Shown: positions 1 to 10,431 of the stretch, piece after piece
How positions within the stretch are numbered: the first letter of the stretch is position 1
Layout: every line of letters starts with the position of its first letter
DNA from: Ginkgo biloba
Lineage: Eukaryota; Plantae; Ginkgophyta
Assembly (NCBI GenBank): GCA_024626585.2
Contig: JANKJI020000002.1
Coordinates: 81,814,662 to 81,835,871 of the forward strand
Reading direction: 5' to 3'
Length of the DNA stretch: 21,210 nucleotides
Translations under genes and position numbers: made by a program
The notes under the pieces: model-generated
Database searches by the model: none
What the model saw: the letters and a program-made list of their open reading frames with translations, nothing else
Told to the model about the DNA's origin: nothing

Positions 1-329
1 TATGTCTTAATGATGACATCAGCATTTATTACATTTATTACATAAACTAAAGATATAATAAATAAACATTATTTATTCTAATATCAATGTTGTATCAAGG
101 TATGATGGAGGCTTGCCAAATTGCCTTCCCCTTGAATTTTGAAGTGTAGGCTTTCAAATGGTATTTACCCCACCTTAATGAATTTGATAATTAGGAAAAA
201 ATGCACCACTACTTAAGAACAATTATAAAATGCCAATACACCCCAAGTGCAAGTATTTAACAAAAGCATTTCAGTAAAGAATCTTATTAAGCGTTGCATA
301 TTGATGTGGCAATGAAATAGCATGCCATG

Positions 330-620
330 AAAAACATGGGCTGACTTCATGGAATCAATCACTTCTTAGTGATAAATAAGCGATGGTATGAACACCTAGA
401 AGTATTTTGTACCACGAGTTGGTCACAACTAAAAGCTATCTTTTGCAAAACTATTGTGCCAAAAGCAAATTCCCCAGCAAATCATACCAACTTCAGAGAT
501 GTTCTATGAAATGCCCATTCAACGATTATGTTGTTTCAACATCTCCACAAACTATAATATCTACTCTAACACAACTTTAAAAGAAGACAATAATGAGCTT
601 AACCTCAAAACCAATATCTA
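330..620 (+). mobile_element. Degenerate LTR-retrotransposon gag (capsid) remnant
   Basis: Translation from 381 gives RWYEHLEVFCTTSWSQLKAIFCK, matching the W-x-x-L...S-W-x-x-L-K-x-x-F pattern of Retrotrans_gag domains. Flanks contain stops/frameshifts. Boundaries approximate. Confidence 0.5.
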
Positions 621-1698
621 TGAGAATATTTGGCCATAATTTATGAAAATAGGGATATTGATAGAATGCTTGGACATACGATTGCAAAAGATGATCAATT
701 GATGCAATATAAAGAGCTAAAAACTCAAAAAAACAATATCAAAAAAAAATTATAGATGGTAGAAACATCGAATAATGAAATTAAATAATCAATTAAGAGT
801 AAAAAACTAATAAGTCATCAACACTCGATAGTCTCACAATATAATTTTGTAAGAAAAAATTAAAGCTGATAGAAAAATACCTACTAAATCTCTAAGCTCC
901 CTTGTATATGGAGTTTCTTATTTAAGAACAATAAAAGAAAAAATCTACATGGAAATTACTCCATAGGGTTTACTTGAACAACATTCTAGTAGATCCTCTT
1001 TACATGGTTCAGTCTTCTCCATATACAAGGAAGCATGGTTTTTGGTCAATTTATATAAGGTGAGAGACATTATTTATCCTTCTTTGGGAGAATGGTTGAG
1101 GTTCCCCGCACTCTTGGACACACTTGGCACATCCACCATTGTCTTCATTCCTTTGATGGCTAGCATACTTCCTCGAAGACTAACATTGATCCAGAATCCA
1201 GAATGTGTACAATGGGAGAAAAATTAATATGAGAAGAAATCACATTCACAAGTTGCTATATCATATGTAAGAGATTGCTTATGTTAAACAAAGAAAATGA
1301 AGTGCTCTGTAGAGCTATGCAGCAAGGTTGAAAGGTGGAATCAAAGTCCATGAATTACATAGCATATTCCCCTCAAATTGGGATTGAACATCATAGTGCA
1401 TAGAATTATTTCCTCATGTGAGGATTAGCTTACAATTTGTAGAGCAAAAGATCAAGCTTAAAGCTTAAAGAAGAAGAAGAAGAAGGAAGAATTAGAGAAT
1501 TCTCTTTGACTTTTGTTGCACTAGGTATTTTTTTACAACTTCTCTGTTATGAACCCCAAATAAATATAATGTTCTAATTGTAATACAATATAACGTAANN
1601 NNNNNNNNNNNNNNNNNNNNNNNNNNNNNNNNNNNNNNNNNNNNNNNNNNNNNNNNNNNNNNNNNNNNNNNNNNNNNNNNNNNNNNNNNNNNNNNNNN

Positions 1699-2720
1699 GA
1701 GGTACTATTTTGTCCTTTAATGGATATGATTGGACTTGTTAATAACAACGATTTGCCAATTGTAGCCAAGTGGATACTTGTGCTAATGTTTCTACTAGTT
1801 GTAGCTATAGTGCTAATGGCTATTGCTATAGTCATTGGCGGGTCATTGTAGGTGTAGTCGCATTGTCATAGTCTGTTGGTGCAGCCATGGTAACTAGTAG
1901 GGTTTTTGGTTAAGGCCTATTGGTGTAGCCCCTATGGTTTATTCTAAAAACCATATAATCAGTTAGTGGAAGGATACCAAACAGTTCTTTGGGGAATTTA
2001 TCTTGATGCCAAAAAGTGGCTCGTTACATACCTACATTTGGCATCCTCCTTTGGTGCGAGGTAGAGGGGTGGAATCCAAGAGATCATTAAATAGCTATTG
2101 GAGACTGATGGTTGTATTTGGGCAGTCCCCATGGCCAACAATTGGTGGTTATGTTCCTTACTACAATACTAATAGTACCTATCCTACTAATTTGCCTAAG
2201 AGACCAAAAGCTAATATAAGTAAATATTTATGTCTATTAATTATGTATTATTACTGTGTGCAAAAGGCATGTGAATTTAAGTATGGTAGTTTAACTTCTT
2301 AGCTATGTGGTTGAAGTCGCCTCACTTAGATTTGCATTTCTAAATATTAATGCTTGTTCTTTGAGGTTGTTTCTTGCAAGAGTAGGAGAGCAGGTTGTTA
2401 CATCTCACAAGCTCTACGAGACATTGTCTTTCCTCAAAGGCAACCAAATAGATTTGTTTCAGAGACCATGAGGCCTAAGCAAAACAAATCTACCTAAGTA
2501 ACTAGGAAACAAACATGGTCTAGGATTCCAAGCCATGGACTTGTCACTGTTTTTTACAACTTGTTGGGAGGAATTTCAGTTCTGGATGTTAGGAAAGATA
2601 CCCTTCCAGCTTCAAGTGGCAGTGATGCTACTTTTCCCATCTTATCAAGAGGCAACAAATTGTTGTCGACGATCACAACAAGGCCCATTATACGAAATGC
2701 CTTCAAAGAATGGTGCTTTT
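1699..2720 (-). mobile_element. Highly decayed retrotransposon gag-like region
   Basis: Minus-strand frames give fragments such as SITAT*SWKGIF, SYLGRFVLL and SETNLFGCL*G in gag-like order, followed by a low-complexity N/S/T-rich tail towards the gap. Many stops and frameshifts. Confidence 0.35.
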
Positions 2721-2899
2721 TAATAGGTCATAGGTGACTTTAACTTAGTGGATAGGGATAGTTGGCCTAGTTGAGAGATAGGCATTGAACATTCACTTCC
2801 TCTTTCCTTCTTATCTTTCTATATTCCATTTATCTAGATAGTTCTATTGCTATGTTTTTGTATTAGCACAATGTACTTTGATGTAATAGATCTTAGGTA

Positions 2900-4320
2900 C
2901 TTCTAGGTTTTAATGTTAGTTAATCAGAGATGCTTCATGCACTTCCCTAGACACATTGTAGATGATGTTCTTTTAGTCCCATTGACCACTTTTCATCACC
3001 CATGGACATTACAGATGCTCTTTCTTTCCTTCTCCTCATTGTCCCAGTGTTAATCAGTCCCCATGTCCTTTTCCAATTTGGAAGATGAATAATAACTATT
3101 TTTTAAGGCTATGGAGGTGCATCTGCAGTAGGTGGCCCAGTTGACCTCCTTTGACTTCTGTTTGACCATTGTTGACTAGATTATTTGGTTTTCATGTGCC
3201 TCAATAAGTGCTCCATAGGGCTGACCTCAATATATGAACACTTGTCAAACTTCAGTTTAAGAACCCCAGGATTAAAGTGGGCCCCTTATGCCTGAGGTAG
3301 GCCCTCTAAAAGCTATCCTCTATCTTTGTAGGGTGATGTAAGCCCTTTTTCCTCCTAAACTTGCTACATGCCACTTCTAAGAGTGTTTTGCACTTTTCTA
3401 AGAGCCTGATCGGTGGTGTTTGGCCATTGCCAACCCCAGTGAGGCTTCTAGCACTGCCTTTTGTGCTTCACTTGATGAATTCAAGCACTCTTTAAGTGTT
3501 TTTTTTCCAGTCACTATTCTCTTTTTTGACCTTGTTTCTAGTCAGTGTCTGCACTATAAGGCCTTCCAATAAAAGAAGTACTCACCAAATCTATGGAAGC
3601 ATGTAGAGATTTCTCCAAGAGAGTGTAAAGAATCCATTCAGGGTGCTCAATGGACATACACTTATCTTGATGAAGGATATATTCTCCAAGACAATGGCTT
3701 TGTCAGTGGCTCAAATGAGCTTGTTCTACGGAAGATATCTCAAGGATAATTGCAGAAATGTCTTCCGTTGAGCAGGCAAAGTCTTCTTTATCCATTATGC
3801 AGAGGTGTAGCTATGAGATCCCCAAACAGTTCATATTGGAGCTAAGAAAGCTTATGAATGAGGCAGAAAACAAATTAAAAGAGGCTGCAATTGCCTGTAA
3901 GGCAATCCACAGTATTAGGCAATATAAGATTTTGAAGGTGGGTGAGGGCATCAAGGCATAAGTTGAGAATTCCATGAGAAGCATCGATCTGAATAAGGAA
4001 TACAAACAGAAAGTTATTAACTTTGTGATCGTTGTCCGAAAAAAGGCTGATATTATGCATCCCTTAATGCACAAGTTTTCTTTACTTCAGAGCCCAGTCC
4101 AACGTGGGCTTTGGACCAGGCAGTTAGCATGACCTTCACAATATCAGCAAAATTGTCCAATAGATTCTTCATCTCACTTAAGCATGTTCCTTTGGTCTTG
4201 CTTGAAGTGGAGGAAGAGGAAGAAGGAACTCAAGAAGGATTGAGTTGTAAAATTTCCACGTAGGACATCAATGTGGAATGAGTTGCCACCCACTAGTTCC
4301 TTGAGCCTCAGTTGTGTCAT
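2900..4320 (+). mobile_element. Decayed coding-like sequence, probably an accessory ORF of a non-chromoviral gypsy element
   Basis: Broken frames with a coiled-coil-like stretch (ELRKLMNEAENKLKEAAIACK) and an acidic run. No splice structure seen. Lies next to the minus-strand gag remnant. No diagnostic motif recognised. Confidence 0.25.
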
Positions 4321-4370
4321 CTTCTCTTATTATTATGGAAGCCTATTTGATGTGAATTTAAAGTTATATG

Positions 4371-4696
4371 TGATGTAAATATGCTACTAAAGATAGGGAG
4401 TAATAAAAGTTGGGCTTTGGTCTAGGTAAAGTAATTAAGGTCCCAAGTTTGAAACAGTGAATAGAAGTAGGAGACGTTGGGTAGTGTCTATAAATCTGGG
4501 GATTAGTTGAAGCTGGGCTCTGGTCTAGGTAAAGTAAGTCAAAGTCCACACAGGTGGTGTAAGTTGAAGAAGTTGGGGATTGTCTGTTCCTTCCAGTATC
4601 AAATGTCTGTTTTGTGCTGTCAGTAGCCAGTTGTAACCCTGTAAATATGTTTCTTATCAATCTAAATAATCTGACGAAACAAACAAACAAACATCA
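4371..4696 (+). mobile_element. Short solo-LTR-like element (326 bp)
   Basis: Starts TGATGT and ends ACATCA (perfect 6-bp inverted termini, TG...CA). Internal direct repeat gggct(t/c)tggtctaggtaaagtaa at ~4413 and ~4515, TATAAAT near 4488, (AAAC)n just before the end. Flanks atatg/attag are not a clean TSD, and there is an alternative TGATGT start at 4348. Confidence 0.45.
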
Positions 4697-5287
4697 ATTA
4701 GCCTTGGACGTTGCAAGCGCAAGTTTCTGCATGAAAGAGGAAAGATGACTAAATTATATTTTCTTGTAATTTTATCATAGTATATAGAGCATTAGCTTAG
4801 AAGTTTAGAAGAGCTGGATGACAGTGTTTGTGCAACAGTATTGCAACTTTGGAACTAAGAAGGACTAAGGCGTTGATTTTAGAAGTAAATTCAGAAACCA
4901 TCAACTTAATGGCATGTTTCTTTGCTTTCTTTAGCTGTTTACATTTGCTAATTGATTAAAATATTGTGCTTGAGTAAGGGTTGGAAATAAAATTTAAGAG
5001 CACACCTTAAAAGAAGTAGAATTATACTAAAGGGCCTCCTCTTTTGGCTACTTGCATTATCCTTGAATGCATGGAGGGTGATCTTGGTGTCTGTGTTATC
5101 TAGGCATGCAATTGTATCTATTTAAAATCAAGTATCGTGATTTGTTAGAATCACGATGTGAAATAGAAGACCAGCAGAGATATAGTATACTGCAATCATT
5201 TTTCAAGTTTTTATTGTTGTGATCCCCTACTTCCCTGGCCCTCATAGGTTTGATTCTTAAAGACTAATGAGCTGAATGTTTCTGCAG

Positions 5288-5379
5288 CAGAGTGGGATTT
5301 TAGGGGATTGCCTGCTTGGCTTCTAAGGCAGAATCCACCACTAAAACTCCGATCATCAGATCCCTCTTATTTGAACTTA
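5288..5379 (+). CDS. BGAL17: GH35 beta-galactosidase (BGAL17-like), internal exon A: (A)EWDFRGLPAWLLRQNPPLKLRSSDPSYLNL
   Basis: Branch-point-like GACTAAT at ~5262, acceptor ...tttctgCAG, donor GTGAGT at 5380. Peptide matches the GH35 EWxxGGxPxWL...LRxSDPxYL block. Alternative in-frame start at 5291 (CAGCAG acceptor). Confidence 0.88.
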
Positions 5380-5533
5380 GTGAGTGTGATGAGTGATTAT
5401 TTCCCTTTGACATAAAGGCATATTCTTATTCATTTGAGTGCATAAGCTTCAATCATACAGTAAAACCTTTCTGAAAATGCACATGAAATGCCTGTAGATA
5501 ACCCTTGTAAAACCTCTTTGTTTTTTTTCCTAG

Positions 5534-5614
5534 ATTGACAGATGGTGGGGGATTTTGCTTCCTAAAGTGGCTCCTTTTATTTACAACCGTGGAGGTTCAG
5601 TCATTATGGTCCAG
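5534..5614 (+). CDS. BGAL17: GH35 beta-galactosidase (BGAL17-like), internal exon B: IDRWWGILLPKVAPFIYNRGGSVIMVQ
   Basis: Polypyrimidine acceptor tttttttttcctag, 81 nt, phase 0/0, donor GTCTGT at 5615. WWGxLLPK...GGxVIMVQ is typical of the GLB1-like plant BGAL17 subgroup. Confidence 0.92.
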
Positions 5615-5732
5615 GTCTGTTCGTTGATATCGGTGAATCCTTGTCTTTAATTGTTTTGATAGTTCAAGCTTTTGGTCTTTAGATCCTTTCTTTGAGCAAA
5701 TTTCTTTAAATGTAAGATATTGTTGTGTACAG

Positions 5733-5827
5733 ATTGAGAATGAATATGGATCATATGGAAGTGACAAGGAATATCTATGGTATCTCGTAGCACTGGCGAG
5801 GCTACATCTCGGAGATGATGTGATTTT
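5733..5827 (+). CDS. BGAL17: GH35 beta-galactosidase (BGAL17-like), internal exon C: IENEYGSYGSDKEYLWYLVALARLHLGDDVI(L)
   Basis: Acceptor gtgtacag, donor GTAAGT at 5828, in frame with exon B. Contains the GH35 signature (Q)IENEYG with the catalytic acid/base Glu (codon 5742-5744). Confidence 0.93.
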
Positions 5828-6119
5828 GTAAGTAACTCAAAAAATACTTTCAATGTTTTAAGCTACAATATTAAACCTGAGATGATGGGAAAGTTGTTTG
5901 CTATTTCACTTTCACTTTTGTTGTTCCCCTTCATAGCACTTCAAATGTAAGTTTACCAAATGATAGTGAAGCTGATTTGCATCATATGTTTGGTACTATT
6001 TATTTCATATTGTTTTCATCTTAGATTTGGTCTTATTTTGGATGTGACATTATTTCTGAATTATTGCCAAACTTCTAATGATTAGTTTTCTCCCCGTTTG
6101 CAACAACACCCTACTACCT

Positions 6120-6897
6120 TGTTATTATAACTTGATGTTTTTTGTATATGATTCAGAATCTGCCAATGAACATACTGTGGTACAATTACAGCCTATTGAA
6201 ACCCTGTGGGTATTCTACACCATGTATAGATGTAAGAAGAAATCCCACACAGTTTAAACTTTTAAATCCTAGCTGTATATCCACCACTTATGATTTGTCA
6301 CATGAGCTTACATTGTGCATTTCTAATTTGAAAACTACAGCCTATGTCAAGCACTTCTAGTTTTAAGTGTAAAGCTTATGTTGCACAATTCTCATTTTAG
6401 AATGCAATCTTCTTTGACTCAGAATGGTGAGTCAAAATATTAGATGCCTGATAATTATTATAATCTGATGTTCTTTTGGTTATGAGTCAGAGCGTGATAA
6501 TGAACATACTGTTGTATTATTACACCCTATTGAGACCATGTGCGTATTCTATACAATGAATGGATGGAAGAAGAAATCCCAGATAATTAGAACTTATAAG
6601 TGTAAGTTCATATGTCAAGCACTAGTGATTTGCCCATAAATTGTAATACCCGATCTTGTGTTGTGCATTTCTAATTTTAAAACTAGAGACTATGTCAAGC
6701 ACTTAGTTTTAATGTTGCAAATGCCATTTAAAAAAATTCAATCTTCTTGAACTTCATTTTCAGTCAAAGATTATGAAAAATCTGATAACTATTACAACCT
6801 GATGTTTCTTTTATTATGAGCCAGAATCTGATAATGAACATATTGTGGTACTATTGCAGCCTATTGAAACCATGTGTGTTCTCTATACAATGAATGG
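6120..6897. repeat. Diverged tandem repeat, 334-bp period, about 2.3 copies, in the BGAL17 intron
   Basis: Anchor AATGAACAT occurs at 6165, 6499 and 6833. Shared blocks cctattga(a/g)acc, aagaagaaatccca, ttgtgcatttctaattt and ctatgtcaagcactt. The third copy stops abruptly at 6897. Confidence 0.9.
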
Positions 6898-7919
6898 TGT
6901 TAGTAGGATAATGGCGACATGACGATGGCACAATGAAATAATGACAAAAACAACAGAAGAATGCATCTAGGATGAATGATGTGGCAGCCTAAGAAATGAT
7001 GATGTGGCAACCTCTTGATGATGTGACAGCAGTACCAGTGATATGGTAACACACTGATGACATGGCGGCAGTCACATACCAGTGACATGGTAGCATAGCA
7101 GATAATGACGGCAGCCCTAAAACATGACATCAACCTCAAGGAGAAACATGATTAGGACAATTGGGCGTATTTAATGCAGCCATACAACAAAAGTACTGTT
7201 GCTGATGTTAGCCAGCATTGATTGCAGGCTGATGTCAGCCCTAAAGTGCATTTATGCAGTCTAAAAGTACCACATTTATGGCAGATTGCTGATGTCATTC
7301 TCAGAAAAAAGACCGTACAATTAAAAGCAATTTAATGCTCAGAAAATGGCATCATGATTCAGTATTTATTATGATAAAAGCACATTTATTGCAGCCTTGA
7401 GTTGCATTTAATGAAGAGAGAAAACTGCATTAAATGAGGTATTAATGACCTAACTAAGTCACATTTATGAGGGTTGTTGAGGTGCATTTAATGAGTTTTA
7501 CTAGAACTCATTTATTACCCTAATGAAGGCTCATTAATGAGCCATTATGAAAGGACAAATGTAATAAATGAAGAGGCACTAGGGTTAGGGTTATACACTT
7601 CATTATGAATAATGATGTTGCTGGAATTTCTTGAGGACAGAGAAAGTATAAATAGTAGAGTGTGGAGTCTAGGTGTGAGAGTTGAGTTTTAAATGTTAGG
7701 GTTTGGTGTGAGAGGCCTAGACCTAGCATTCAAGGTTATGTACTATCGTTAATGGTGAAGTAATAAATGAAGCAATGTACCCCAATTCTTGTGCATTCAT
7801 GTTTATGTATTATTTTTATGATGCACATTGATCATGAATGCATGCCCCAATTATTATATTTGTATGCTCACTCGTTGTTGATCATGGGCTCCACACTTAG
7901 AACCCACAATTAGTCAACA
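6898..7919 (+). mobile_element. 5' LTR (1022 bp) of a Ty3/gypsy retrotransposon
   Basis: Begins TGTT exactly where tandem copy 3 is broken and ends AACA (inverted termini). Internal gatgatgtggca/gacatgg sub-repeats, TATAAATA at 7647, AATAAA at 7762. Followed by a PBS-like motif and gag. Confidence 0.75.
7647..7654 (+). promoter_or_regulatory. LTR TATA box
   Basis: TATAAATA about 270 bp before the LTR end and about 115 bp upstream of AATAAA, the usual U3/R layout. Confidence 0.5.
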
Positions 7920-7921
7920 TT

Positions 7922-7938
7922 TGGTTTCATTGTTAGGA
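7922..7938 (+). other. Degenerate primer-binding site, possibly tRNA-Asp type
   Basis: TGG starts 2 nt after the LTR-terminal CA. tggtttcattgttagga differs from the Athila-type TGGCGCCGTTGCCGGGG mostly by C>T and G>A changes. Confidence 0.45.
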
Positions 7939-10431
7939 TCTCGCCAAGATTCCAAGGGGAGAATGGATGTAGGTGACGTTGAGAGGAGGTCCTAACCACT
8001 AAGCGAGGTTGACCAGGCCAAAGTTGATGCCACAACTATGAAAGACACTGGCTATGAGCGTAGTGATGGGTTCTAACTAAACCCATCTATATCCAGGGGG
8101 TTTCTTGATGTTGTCGAGAGGTTGGAAGGACACCAAACCAGAGGTAAACTAAGAGATAAGTGTAACAAGGCAAATTCATTAGACAAAGGAGTAGGCAACA
8201 AAACGAAGAAGACAACATAATGTATTGTCCAAGTAGTTGAAGCATAAAACCTCTCATAAAGGGGGAAAAGTTAAAACATAAGGATACTGAGGCTCCAAGG
8301 AAAACAAGGGAGGACAACTTGTAGGGAGCAAGCTACCAGTATAACACTCACCTTTACTAAGAAGACAAAAAAGAGAATGAATTGTATTTGACGTTAGACG
8401 AAACAAGTAGAAATGAAAAAAAACAAAGGAGATAATGTTAGAAGTGACTAAAGAAGACAAAATATGGCCAAGTCCCAACCTTAGTGTCAAAGTAGGAGCC
8501 CCCTTGGTATTTAAGGTTAAAACTACATCAATCATGAAGATTTTCACCACCATCTAGGCAAAATAGTTGTCAAGCATACTAGTAAAAGACATAACTAGCA
8601 ACCCAAGTTTAGACAAAACAAATGATGCTAGGGAAAATACACTGTTAGAAACACAATGATCGCAAACACCTTATATCATACATAGAAATCTGTTGTATAA
8701 GAGTATGGTGATATTACTGCCCTTCGAGTTTCCAAACCCATAACAAGAATCCTTGTCGGGAGGTCATACGGAAAACTTTTGTCCCAACCAACCGATGAGA
8801 GGAAGCAAAGTGTAGAATTAGAGCCAACAGGGCGACGATAATGCTTCTGGAGCCTACAACATGAGCTTTGTATATGACAATAGATAGAATCAATTGGACA
8901 CCAAAATAAACTCATTAAATATCAATCCATCAACTAATACAAGTAGGGGGTAGAAACAAAGCACCCTCTTCGAATTCAACAACCACCTATTTGGAGGGCT
9001 GAATAATCTCACCAATAATCAAAGCTACGACAATCAGAGCAATGCCTTACATGGTCCCACTAATAGCAAGAATAATACATTTAACAGTCCCAACTATGTA
9101 GTCAAGGGGGCTATTCAATCCCTTCATTGGCTTCAACCAATCTAACAATAGCAATAATCAAACAAATTTTGGGAATCAGCCACAAAGTAACAATGGAAAT
9201 GGAATAAATGACAACATTAACCCAAATAGTAATAGCACTGTGAGAACAAGTGGTGGAAATCTCAGAAGCAACAAATGTAACAACTTCATGAATAACAACA
9301 ATAGTGGAAGTCATTGTACTAATTTTCTCTATAATTTAAACTTTAGCAACAACAATAATTTTCCAAGTGGTAATCTTGGTGGTACTTTTAGTAACCATGG
9401 GAGGAATTTTAATACTCATAACAGAAATTTCAACATGTACAGAGGACGCCTCAATAACAATATTGATAGTTTCAACAATTGTGGCGAAACTTTAATAGTG
9501 ATGGAAACCTTAACAACAATAGCAATTTTCATCATAGCAAAAATTATAATTGTGGAAATTTTAACAATGGTAGAAATTTTAACATCAATGGAAACTTTAA
9601 CAACAATGACAATTCCAATAATGGAATAAATTTCAATGGAGGATGTCATGGAAATAATTCTAATAGTGGAAATTGCAATGGCAGACATAACAACACAATG
9701 GCAGATGTAACAATTGTGATTGCGGACACTATAGAGGGCCTACCTTGATAAATGTGCCCGCAGATAACTCATTATCACATTTAATATATGATGGCCACCA
9801 TGCCCATAAGAACATCTAGCACTATTCCTTGACAATGCTGCACTATGACATATAATTGACGAAGATGAAATAAGGAGATTTTTTTCTATCCTTTATAGTC
9901 AAGCTTTGTTATGGTTTTAAAGTATGCAACATCATTCATGGGTAGTCGTGCAAGAACCTTTCCTAGGCAAATTCTATACCTAGCATGACCCCACTATTGT
10001 TTACAAAGAATTTAAGGAAATCAAACAATGATTTGGGGAAACATTACGAAACTACGATGGAACACTACGAGTTTTAGCCTTGAAACTAGATGACCCCAAC
10101 ATGGTTTCACAAATCGTAATGATGAGTTATTTTGTAGATGGAACATTGCCTCCATACCAAGAAAAAATACAACATTGTCCACCTGAAACCTATGAATAAG
10201 TATGGCATTTGGTAATGGTTTTTAAGAAGAAAATGTGTATGGATGCACTAGACCCACACTAACCAAACTGGTAGTTGAAAGATTTTCCATTGGACTATGT
10301 GCCATATGCTTGTTGGAATATGAATAACACAACAACAAAAATCGAGGAGAGCAACGAGCTTGAGAAATTGGGCACGAAGATTACCAAATCAATGCTTGAG
10401 AATCAAGAATCAACAGGAGTGTCTGCTAGAG
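7939..10431 (+). mobile_element. Internal domain of the gypsy element: decayed 5' region and gag pseudo-ORF
   Basis: QALLWF*SMQHHSWVVVQEPFLGKFY (~9900-9977) and EFKEIKQ*FGETLRNYDGTLRVLALKL...MMSYFVDGTLPPYQEKI (~10009-10170) are Retrotrans_gag/MHR-like. In-frame stops present. Confidence 0.75.
9100..9720 (+). repeat. Low-complexity Asn/Gly/Phe-coding repeat (GRNFNxN-like units, ~18 bp) upstream of the gag capsid domain
   Basis: Frameshifted ORFs 9240-9629 and 9479-9748 read ...HGRNFNTHNRNFN... and GNFNNGRNFNINGNFNNNDNSNNGINFNGG. DNA units such as ggaaattttaacaat recur. Confidence 0.75.

Noticed and set aside
5134-5157. Perfect 9-bp stem-loop atcgtgatt-N6-aatcacgat
   Set aside because: Isolated short inverted repeat in intron sequence with no supporting context. 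Not a terminator in a eukaryotic locus.
5221-5350. Hairpin potential (atccccta/taggggat; ttttag/ctaaaa) suggesting a pre-miRNA, telomerase RNA or snRNA
   Set aside because: The region is explained by a coding exon and its acceptor. Stems are short, and there is no known mature miRNA or telomere template.
5386-5474. Box C (GTGATGA) and box D (CTGA) inside the 154-nt BGAL17 intron, suggesting a C/D snoRNA
   Set aside because: Box C starts right after the 5' splice-site hexamer, there is no terminal stem, and I recognise no rRNA guide. Likely chance.
7580-7593. Telomere-like TAGGGTTAGGGTTA
   Set aside because: Only two units inside an LTR. Such motifs are common in plant LTRs and this is not an interstitial telomeric array.
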